From positions 1 to 21,751 of the forward strand of contig JAYVCD010000140.1 of NCBI GenBank assembly GCA_043750125.1: a stretch of 21,751 bases of DNA. The letters are read 5' to 3'. The notes below the pieces were generated by a model. It saw nothing but the letters and a program-made list of their open reading frames with translations, searched no databases and was not told the origin of the DNA. Shown in pieces: positions 1-8,400 of the stretch. The translations under genes and the position numbers were made by a program. The DNA is from Archangiaceae bacterium. GTDB taxonomy: Bacteria; Myxococcota; Myxococcia; Myxococcales; Myxococcaceae. Every line of letters starts with the position of its first letter. Position 1 is the first letter of the stretch.

Positions 1-1
1 C

Positions 2-1123
2 GAGGGAGGGACGCTCGCGACGACCTTCATGCTGGTCTACATGTGCGCGTCGCCGATCGGGGGCTACCTGGGAGATCGAATGCCGCGAAAGTGGCTGATC
101 TCGGGAGCAGTGATGTTGTGGAGCCTGGCCACGATCGGCTCGGGGCTGGCGACCAGCTTCGCGATGCTGGTGGTCGCGCGCGGGCTCACCGGAATCGGCG
201 AAGCGGGCTACGGGACCATCGCCCCCTCGTTCATCAGCGACCTGTTCCGCAAGCAGCTGCGCTCGCGGATGTTGGCGATTTTCTACACCGCGATGCCGTT
301 GGGGGCGGCGGCCGGTTTCATCATCGGCGGCTGGGTGGGAGAGAGATTTTCGTGGCAGGCGGCGTTCTTCGTCGGAGGTGCCCCTGGAATCGCGCTCGCG
401 ATCCTTTCGTTGTTTCTTCCCCAACCGGTGCGCGGCGGAATGGACGACGGGCCGACGATCGCCCCGGTCTCTTTTGGCCCCGGCTTCAAGGCGCTGCTGG
501 GCAATGCGCGGTTTTGGTACACGACGGCGGGGCTGACGCTGATGACGTTCGGAATCGGTGGGCTGTCGAACTGGATGCCGAAATTCTTGTCTTCCGAGCG
601 GGGATTCACCGGGGCGGAGGCCGGCTTCTACCTCGGAGCGACCACGGTTCTGGGCGGGCTGCTGGGGACCATTGCGGGGGGCTTTCTGGGAGATCGGCTG
701 GATCGCAAGCGACCGGGAGGAGGCGTGGTGCTGTCGGCGATCGGGCTCGTGGTGGCCGCTCCGCTGATGTTCTTATGCGTCCTGATTGACGGGCGGGTGG
801 CGCTCGCGCTGGGACTTTTCGCCGCCCAATTTTTCATCTTCTTGAACAATGGCCCGCTGAACGCCGCGATCGTCAACTCAGTGCCCCCTCACCTTCGCGC
901 CTTCGCGTTCGGAATCTCGACGCTGACGTTGCACCTGCTGGGCGACGCCGCTTCACCGATTGTGATCGGGTGGATCAGCGACCACTCGAGCCTAGGCACT
1001 GCGATCATGGTCAACGCGGTGCCGGTGCTCGCAGGTGGGTTGATCCTGTTCTACGGGCTCAAGCACTTTGTGCACCCGGTGGAGGCAGCGAGTCTCCCAC
1101 CACCCGGGGCCGAAATTCGCTGA
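2..1123 (+). CDS. MFS transporter, Spinster (Spns)-like family; 5'-truncated at the window edge
   Basis: The frame is open from base 2 (EGGTLATTFMLVY...), so the ATG at 29 is internal. MFS motif A appears twice (GYLGDRMPRK, GFLGDRLDRK). Spinster-type segments include ARGLTGIGEAGYGTIAPSFISDLF and HLLGDAASPIVIGWISD, with many hydrophobic helices. Stop TGA at 1121-1123. Confidence 0.88.
   Translation, partial: EGGTLATTFMLVYMCASPIGGYLGDRMPRKWLISGAVMLWSLATIGSGLATSFAMLVVARGLTGIGEAGYGTIAPSFISDLFRKQLRSRMLAIFYTAMPLGAAAGFIIGGWVGERFSWQAAFFVGGAPGIALAILSLFLPQPVRGGMDDGPTIAPVSFGPGFKALLGNARFWYTTAGLTLMTFGIGGLSNWMPKFLSSERGFTGAEAGFYLGATTVLGGLLGTIAGGFLGDRLDRKRPGGGVVLSAIGLVVAAPLMFLCVLIDGRVALALGLFAAQFFIFLNNGPLNAAIVNSVPPHLRAFAFGISTLTLHLLGDAASPIVIGWISDHSSLGTAIMVNAVPVLAGGLILFYGLKHFVHPVEAASLPPPGAEIR
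1059..1123. repeat. Degenerate inverted repeat spanning the 65-bp convergent gene overlap, centred on 1091
   Basis: Plus arm 1091-1123 reads AGT CTC CCA CCA CCC GGG GCC GAA ATT CGC TGA. Minus arm 1091-1059 reads TCG CTG CCT CCA CCG GGT GCA CAA AGT GCT TGA. After the Ser codon 20 of 30 nt match, and both arms translate to SLPPPGA[E/Q]xx*. Confidence 0.7.
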
Positions 1124-2405
1124 CCGTCTTTTCGATTTGGGTCGCCAGTTCTTCGCCTTCGACCAACAGCCGGGCCTTGAGTCGCGCCCGGCTTCCGAGG
1201 ATGAAGAAGGTGATTGCGTCAGCAATCGCCGCGCGCCGACGCTCGAGAAAATACCGGGTGAAGAAAGCCAACGGCAAGGCTCCCACCAGCGAGATTGCGG
1301 CCGCGATCGGCCCCCAGGTTCGCCAAGCGAGGTAGGTGAGCAAGCTTTGCCACAGCGGGGTGAGGATCAAGGCCGCGACGAACTTGAAAGTGGCGATCCG
1401 GTCTCTTGGGAGCGGAATGATGCGGGCGAGGTAACGCACGCTGAGGAAGGGAATCGCAAAGAGGACGCACCCCAGCGCGAACAGCGGAAACCCGAACAGC
1501 AGCCCACCCAGGTTGCGCAGGACGAAGCGTGCGACCTCGGGCCGGCGGTATTGCACCGAGAGGTCTTTGGGGTCGGCATTGACCATGTCCAACCGGGCGC
1601 GAAAGCTCATCACGTCTTCGCGCAGCAGCTCGAAGCGCTCGGGCTGTTCTTTGCGAAGAAGCTCCACGCCTTTGGCGAACCTTCGCAGCCGCTCAGGGTC
1701 GTGCGGCCGATCGCCCATGCGCAGTGAGTACAGCTGTTCGCAGGTTTCGATGAGCTTGAGGTCTTCCCACTGCTCGAGGTTGAGGGTGACGGCTTTCAAC
1801 CCGTCAGCGACCTGGGTGGTGAGCGCGCGGACCCACTCGATCTCGAGCTCGGAGGTGAGCTCTGGGGGGACTTCGACTTGAATCGGGGTGCCGACCTCGA
1901 TCTGCACCTTGCTGCGGAAGCGATGCTTCTGGGCGTAGGTCAGCCCGATCGGGACGATGCGAACCTGGGCTCCTCCCCGGGCGGCTTTGAGCGCGATTCG
2001 GGCGCAGCCGGTCTTGATTTCCGAAAGCTGGGGATCCGAGTGCGATTTTCCTTCGGGGAAAATGGTGATCGCCTTCGCTGCGATCAGCGCGCTCGCCGCG
2101 GCGTCGAGCGTGCCTTCGTTCTTTTCCATCAGCCCAGGGTGGTCCTGCTTTCGGTACACGGGCAAAGCACCCAGGCCTCTGAGGACGGCGCCGAACAGCG
2201 GCATCTGGAACAGGGGCTGCTTGGCCAGGAAGGTGACCTGCCGGCGGGTGGCGACGAAGACCAACGCGGGGTCGAGCAGGCTGTTGGGGTGGTTCCCGAC
2301 GTAGAGAATGGCTCCGGTCAGCTCTTCGGCCTGCCGGGTGACTTCAAGAATGTAGAAGAGGCGCAGTGCGAACGAGATCACCGCTCTGACCAGTCGATAG
2401 AACAC
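1059..2405 (-). CDS. Glycerol-3-phosphate/lysophospholipid acyltransferase family protein (LPLAT superfamily) with C-terminal membrane helices
   Basis: GTG start at 2405. Catalytic block NHPNSLLDP (HX5D spacing), FLAK block, PVYRKQD, FPEGKSH and IVPIGLTY. Hydrophobic helices lie near the C-terminus (LLFGFPLFALGCVLFAIPF, FVAALILTPLW, IAAAISLVGALPLAFF). Confidence 0.88.
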   Translation of the reverse strand: MFYRLVRAVISFALRLFYILEVTRQAEELTGAILYVGNHPNSLLDPALVFVATRRQVTFLAKQPLFQMPLFGAVLRGLGALPVYRKQDHPGLMEKNEGTLDAAASALIAAKAITIFPEGKSHSDPQLSEIKTGCARIALKAARGGAQVRIVPIGLTYAQKHRFRSKVQIEVGTPIQVEVPPELTSELEIEWVRALTTQVADGLKAVTLNLEQWEDLKLIETCEQLYSLRMGDRPHDPERLRRFAKGVELLRKEQPERFELLREDVMSFRARLDMVNADPKDLSVQYRRPEVARFVLRNLGGLLFGFPLFALGCVLFAIPFLSVRYLARIIPLPRDRIATFKFVAALILTPLWQSLLTYLAWRTWGPIAAAISLVGALPLAFFTRYFLERRRAAIADAITFFILGSRARLKARLLVEGEELATQIEKTVSEFRPRVVGDSLPPPGAQSA

Positions 2406-2410
2406 GGACT

Positions 2411-2442
2411 GCAGAGTACCGCCTCTGCGGCCGGGTGCCCGG
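2411..2442 (-). promoter_or_regulatory. Two small inverted repeats between the Omp85 stop and the acyltransferase start; possible -10 (TACTCT) 7 nt upstream of the GTG
   Basis: GCAGAG (2411-2416) pairs with CTCTGC (2423-2428), and CCGGG (2431-2435) pairs with CCCGG (2438-2442). Minus-strand TACTCT is at 2418-2413. There is no convincing -35. Confidence 0.25.
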
Positions 2443-5400
2443 CTAGAACAGGCCGATGTTGAAGTGAACGTTGAAGGCGGGCTCGTTCACCAATGCGTCA
2501 GGCGCGAGGTTGACGCCGAAGTCCAGCGCAAGGGGCCCAATCGGGGTGACGTAGCGCAAGCCCGCGCCAATCACCGGCCGCAGCGAAAAGCCCGTCGGGG
2601 GCTCGAGCCACAGGTTGCCCGCCTCGAGAAAGACGCCGAAGTCGAATGAGCCAAAGGCGGGAAAGCGCAGCTCGCCCTTTCCAAGGACGAAGAGCTCTCC
2701 GCCTTGCGATGCAATTTCGTTTTTCGCCAACAGCGTGACTGCGGCTGCAGAACAGCCGAGGTTGGTCGCCAGCGCTTTGCAGTCGTTGACCTGCTTGCGG
2801 TACCCCTGACGCTGGTCTTCGGCAATGAGCCCGTCTTCGCGGAAGCCACGCAAGCTCGAGCTTCCCCCGAGAAAGAAACGCTTTACCGGAGGAGTCACCG
2901 ACCCGTCGGTCAGAGGAATGATCGTGCCCCCTCGAGCAGAGAGTGCCAGCACCACTTTGCCCGACACCGGGAAATAGGTGCTGACCGTCCCCGAGAGCTT
3001 GATGAATTGCACGGGCACCGGCTGATCATCTTCGTCGCGCGTCTCGAGGGGCAGCGTGGTCTCGACCGCCGCCTGGATCAGGACCCCCTTACGGGGGACC
3101 ACCGGGTCGTCGCGCAGGTCGATGGTCGGCGAAAACCGCAGGGTGTGAAGCGCGAAGGTGCCGAACAGGAACCGCAGTCGTTCCTGGTCGGCACGCAGCA
3201 GGGGAAAAATAATACCGCTGGGGTTGTTGACCCGCGCGACGCGAGTCCAATCGACCTCGTACTGCAGCTGCAGCGTCAGCTTCGGTCGAGTCCAGTCGAT
3301 GTAGCGGACGTTGAAGACCTTCGACCAGTCCAGACCCGGGACGGCGGCGAAACGAGTGAAGCGGTACGACTGGCGAAAGATCCGATCTCCGACCAGGTCG
3401 AGGCGGGTACCGATGCCGAAGGGCAGCAGTCCGCGGTTGGACACCGAAATGTTGCCTCCTCCGCCGAACTGCTCGAGTGCGTTGAGATCAGAAACGTCGA
3501 CCTGCCGCGAAAGCGCCAGGCCCGAGGCTGCAAAGACGTTCACTCTCAAGCGTGCTTGAAGGTTGATCGCCCGCCCGGCCAGGTTTGGAAGCTCTACGTC
3601 GACGATGCCCCGGGGGCCTTCGGCGAGGCCATAACCCAGGCCGGCCTCGCCCAACAGCCGTTGGCGCTCGCGCACTTCGACGACGATGTCTTTGACCGCG
3701 TCTTGCGACTCAGGATTGAGAATGCGCACTTCAGCCGAGCGAAAAATTCCAAGCCCCAACAGGTTGCGCTGTGAGGTGTAGAGGCCTTCAGGATCCAGCG
3801 GGTCGCCTTCCTTGAAGGTCACCTGGCTGCGAATGACCGATTCGACGGTGCGTTGATGCCCCCGCACCAGGACCTTGCCCACCATCACCTGCGGGCCGCT
3901 GATGACCTTGAAGTTCACATCTGCGCGGGTCCCCCCTTCCTCGAGTCGACTCTCGGTATCGACGCTGGCGTACAGATAGCCGCGGCGCGCCAGCTCTCGG
4001 GCCAGAGCCTGTCTCCAAAGGCCGAGCCGCCGATCGCTCAACGGGTCGCCGGCTGCCAGGGCGCCCCGGCTGCTCTCGGGAAAACCCGGAGGCCCTCCGC
4101 TGAACTCTACTTTTCGGACTCGGGTCTGTGGTCCTTCGTAGACGGAGAACCGCACGGTGGCCCCGGCGAGCGCAAAGGAGACCTCGTCGAGGTGCACGGT
4201 CGCTTTCGCAAAGCCGCGCTCGCGGTAGAGGCGGGCCATCGCTTTTGCGGCCTCGTGGTAGGCGGGCTCGACCAGCACGGTCTCTGGCGCGGGAGCGGGC
4301 GGATCGCCGAACAACAGGCTCTTCACCCTGCCCTCGAGCTGAAGGGGATCATCGAGGGGGTGAACCTCGGTGCCGTTGGCGGGCGTACCGGCGCGCACGA
4401 CATCGGCCAGCACGGCGCCCAGCTCGTCGGAAGTGATGTTGCGGTTTCCGAGGAAGGTCACCGTACGGACTACCAGCTGCGGCCCTTCGTCGATGACGAA
4501 CCCGACCACCGCGGTACGGGGAAGGCGGCCAGGCCGTTCGCGGACCGTGACCCGAACCTCGTGAAAGCCCCGGTACCGATAGAAGTTGGCCAGGTGCGCG
4601 GCGAGTCGGTCGGCGACGGTTTGATCGAGAACTTCGCTGCCGTCCCAGCCCATGACCCGCAGCAACGCGGTCGGTGCGAATGCAGAATTCCCCTTGAAGT
4701 CGAACTCGAGCCTGGGCCCCGCCGAGATGGGAAGAACCAGCACCCCGCCCTCTTCGATTTGGGCGGGCTCGATTCGGGCCCGATAGAAGTGCTCGACGCG
4801 CATCGTCTCTTTGAGGCGATCGAGGCCGGTCTCGATCGCCGATAGATCAATGACATTTCCAAGCTGCAGGTCGAGCTCGCGCATCAGGCGGGGCATCGGA
4901 ATGCCTGGGTCTCCGGCGACCACCACGCTCCTCAACCGGGTCGGCATCCCTTCGCTGATGAAAAAACCTACGTCGACGCCCGCTTCGCCTCGAGTCTGCC
5001 GGACCTCGACCTTCGCGTCCCGGTAGCCCCGCCGGCGGTAGACCTGGACCATGGCCTCGCGGGCCTGAGCGGCGCGCTCAGGGTAGAACTCGGACTCAGG
5101 GGACAGCCGGGTGGGTGCGAGGACCTCGGCGTCGGTGAGCGCGGCGTTCCCTTCGACGTAGACCGAGCCAATCGTCTGGCGTGGCTTGATTTCGAAGATC
5201 ACCCGCAGTCCGCTCGGCAGGTCCTCGGCGAAGACCTCGACATCGGCGAGCCGGCCGGTTTCCATCAGGCGCTCGACTGAACGGCGAACGGCTCGGGCCG
5301 AAAGTTCCTGCCCTTTGCGCACCAACACCAGTGCCTTGGCCTCTTCCAACAGCTTTGGATTTCCACCTGCCTGAAGTCGAAGCTCGACTTCCTCGACCCG

Positions 5401-5466
5401 TGGGGCACCGGCGTCGGGGGGCTCGACCGCGGCTTGTGAAAGCAGCGCGGCGAGCAAGAAGCTCAT
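2443..5466 (-). CDS. Omp85 (BamA/TamA-family) outer-membrane beta-barrel protein with about 7 POTRA domains; likely TamB partner
   Basis: Repeated POTRA units (GN..., YRRRGY, YRYRGF, YRERGF, ARRGY, ending EGP/SGP). Loop-6 motif FFLGGSSSLRGF, C-terminal GLRYVTPIGPLALDFG and beta-signal FNVHFNIGLF. Start placed at ATG 5466, which overlaps the tamB TGA (ATGA) and gives signal-like MSFLLAALLSQAA. ATG 5472 is an alternative. Confidence 0.9.
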   Translation of the reverse strand: MSFLLAALLSQAAVEPPDAGAPRVEEVELRLQAGGNPKLLEEAKALVLVRKGQELSARAVRRSVERLMETGRLADVEVFAEDLPSGLRVIFEIKPRQTIGSVYVEGNAALTDAEVLAPTRLSPESEFYPERAAQAREAMVQVYRRRGYRDAKVEVRQTRGEAGVDVGFFISEGMPTRLRSVVVAGDPGIPMPRLMRELDLQLGNVIDLSAIETGLDRLKETMRVEHFYRARIEPAQIEEGGVLVLPISAGPRLEFDFKGNSAFAPTALLRVMGWDGSEVLDQTVADRLAAHLANFYRYRGFHEVRVTVRERPGRLPRTAVVGFVIDEGPQLVVRTVTFLGNRNITSDELGAVLADVVRAGTPANGTEVHPLDDPLQLEGRVKSLLFGDPPAPAPETVLVEPAYHEAAKAMARLYRERGFAKATVHLDEVSFALAGATVRFSVYEGPQTRVRKVEFSGGPPGFPESSRGALAAGDPLSDRRLGLWRQALARELARRGYLYASVDTESRLEEGGTRADVNFKVISGPQVMVGKVLVRGHQRTVESVIRSQVTFKEGDPLDPEGLYTSQRNLLGLGIFRSAEVRILNPESQDAVKDIVVEVRERQRLLGEAGLGYGLAEGPRGIVDVELPNLAGRAINLQARLRVNVFAASGLALSRQVDVSDLNALEQFGGGGNISVSNRGLLPFGIGTRLDLVGDRIFRQSYRFTRFAAVPGLDWSKVFNVRYIDWTRPKLTLQLQYEVDWTRVARVNNPSGIIFPLLRADQERLRFLFGTFALHTLRFSPTIDLRDDPVVPRKGVLIQAAVETTLPLETRDEDDQPVPVQFIKLSGTVSTYFPVSGKVVLALSARGGTIIPLTDGSVTPPVKRFFLGGSSSLRGFREDGLIAEDQRQGYRKQVNDCKALATNLGCSAAAVTLLAKNEIASQGGELFVLGKGELRFPAFGSFDFGVFLEAGNLWLEPPTGFSLRPVIGAGLRYVTPIGPLALDFGVNLAPDALVNEPAFNVHFNIGLF

Positions 5467-8400
5467 TCCCATTCGAAACGGAACTTCAAGTCGACGCCTG
5501 GATTTCCCAGCGACGATTCCTGACTCTGGTTGTCCCACTGGGCCCGCGCAGAGACCTTGTCGTTGAACTTGTATTCAGCCTGGGCCTTGGTGCCTCGACC
5601 TGTCACCGGTTGGCTGACGCCGACCTTGAGCTTGTCGGTCAGCACCTTCGATTCCCAGCTGACCGACGGCTCGGCCTGGCCGGTCGCTTCGTTGAAAGTC
5701 GTCGAAAGGTGAACCGCCTGATCCTTGAGGCCGACGTTCTTCTTCAAGAAACGCTGAACCTCGCGCTCGAGCCCGCTGGCCTGGAACAGTGCCTCGGCAG
5801 CGAGCCCGGCTCCTGCTTCGGCGGTGGCGCGTTCTCGGGAAGTCACACCCAACGTCAGCAGGGACACCACGTCGGCTTCGGGCAGCGCGGGTTCGGAGCT
5901 GAGCGACAATTTCGGATCGTCGAGTTTCCCAAAGCCTTTCACCCGAACGAGGTATTCGCGGACCTGCGACTGCGCGGTGAGGTCGAAGGTTGTGTCTTGC
6001 GCGCCGAACTGCACGACCCCACGCGAGATCGAGAAGGCCTGCCCGCGGACGAACCCTTGCGAGCCTTCGACGGTCTCGAGGGTACCCAGCAGCACCGGGT
6101 TGACGTTGGTACCCGTCAGCTTCAGTTTTCCGGTCAGCCTCGCCTTGGCGAGGTTGTTGTCGATGCGAATGTCGCCCTGGGTGCCGTCGAGGTTCACGTC
6201 GAACTTGAGCCATTCCGTGGGTCGGTCGTCGGACGGAGGAAGCCGACTGGACGCCTGGGAGAGCAACAATTCGAGATCCAGCGGTTGGGTGTAGCGAAGC
6301 TTGAGTACGTCCAGCGAGCCGGCCAACTGAAACGCAGAGGGCTTGCCGAAGAACAGCAGGTTGCCGCTGACCGAGGTTGGGAAGTCCGGGCGGGGTTGCA
6401 GCGTGACCTCTTCGAGATCGATGCCGAGTTCGACGGCCTTGACCTCGAAGCGCTCGAGTCGAATGTCGCCGCGGCCTCGAACACGTCCATCGTTGAGAAA
6501 ACCCTGAAAATCAGAGAGCAACACCCGCGCTTCAGAGAACTCGGCCTTCCCTGAGAGTGCGCGCACCGCCATGGCCTGATCGCGCACCTGAAACTTTGCG
6601 TCCCGCACTTCGGCCGAGCCGACCAGCGCGGGGGTCTTCACCGTTCCGGACAACAACAAAGTGAGGTCGAGCTGGCCCGAACTGCGCTCGAGTTGAGGGA
6701 CGAAAGATTCGAGCAAGCGCAAATCGACCGAGCCCCGAGCTTTCAGATCGACGTTGACCGGACCCCAGGTGCCTTCCGCGTTGAGCGCGGTATTCGGCCC
6801 CCGCAACGAAAAGTTCACGACTTCGAGCCGACCTGCATCCCACCTGAGGACCACGGGGTATTCGTTGGTGGCGCCCAACTCGCCGCGCTGAATCGAGAGC
6901 GTGGTGAGCTCAGCGGCAAGGTGCGAAGCCTCGATGGAACGCATGGTGCCATTGCCGGTGACGGTGCCCGCGAGCCCGGCGGCCAATTGCTGACGATCCA
7001 TTCCGGTGGGCAGAAAGGAGCTCAGCTCGGGTAGGTCGAGCGTCACGCCCCCTTCCCACGGGTAGGGCTCTTTGACGGTCATCGCGACTTCGCCGCGGGC
7101 ACCGGTGAAGAGCTGACCTTTGATCCGCAGGTCTTTCCCCTCGAGGCGGGCTTCAAGCGCCATGGGTCCCAGGGGGTGATGGTTCCAGGTGACGCCGGAC
7201 GCCGACAGCTGGCTGGTGACGATTGGGCTGTCGGTATCACCCGCAAGAGTGGCTTCGAAGCTGAGGGGTCCGGTGATGCCGTGTTCTGCTGCCCGCTCAG
7301 AGCCGACGGCTTCGCCGAAGGAGCCATTGATGAGCCTGGCCCTGAAGTCGAGCGGGCCGGCGAACGTCCAGCGGCCCTCGGCAGACAGCGTGCCCATCGT
7401 GCCGACGAGGCTCACCGGCTCGAGGACCAGCGCGGTTCCCTTCTCGAGCTGCAACGTCACCTTCCCTGCGCCCAACTTGCGCCCGTAATAGCGGGTGTTC
7501 GAAAGGTCGAGATCGATGGTCCCATCGACGGCGTTGGCAGGGCCGTTGAAGTGCAGGGCGGCGCTGACATCACCCTCGAGCGGTCCTTGAAATGAGGCGA
7601 TCGAAGGGTGCAGGTGCGCAATGAGGTCAATCAAGTCTTCGATTCGACCGCGCGGGATGGCCGCTTCGGCATCGAGGAACAGACCGTCGCGGCGAAAGGC
7701 CAGATCCACCCGCCCCGCGAAGCCGGTGCGTCCCTTCTGGCCAAACATGTTGGGAAAGCTCAACACCCCGCGCGAAAACTTCAGCGGCCCCTGCACGACC
7801 CCCGCGGCGTAACCGAACATCTCGAAGTCGCGCAGGGCAACCTGCCCTTCGATCTTCACGCCCGCGTAGGGGCCAGAGATGTTGACCGAAGCGGTGCCCT
7901 GCCCCGCCCACGGGATTCCGGCGATTGATCCAAAGTCCGACAACTGGAGCGCATCGCCCGTGGCCTTGACCTCGAGCCCGCGCGCCACGTCATAAAAGAG
8001 AGTCACGTCCCCATGCGCCTGAGAGGCCGAGTCTTTTCCGGCTTGCAGGCGAATCGACGAAAACTCGACCCGGTCTGCGTAGATTCCGACCTTCAAGTTC
8101 GCCCTGCCCTGCGGAAAGGTCAGGATGTCGGGGCCGGCGTTGGCTGGAGCATCCCAGGGCCGCGCAGCCAGGACGAACCGACCGCCCTTCAAATCGACGT
8201 CGCCCACGAGCTGTGGCTTCGCCCCGAGGTTGCCCGTCAGCGTGCTTCGAAGCGTGGCCGGAAACTCGACCCAGGCACCCGGCAAACCTGCCCGTTCGAG
8301 AACGCGGGCAAACGACGCCTCATCTGTCTCGACCCGCACCTTGAGCGGCAAACCGGCCGTCAGCTTCAGCTCGCCATTGACCTTCACCGAACCCGTTCCC

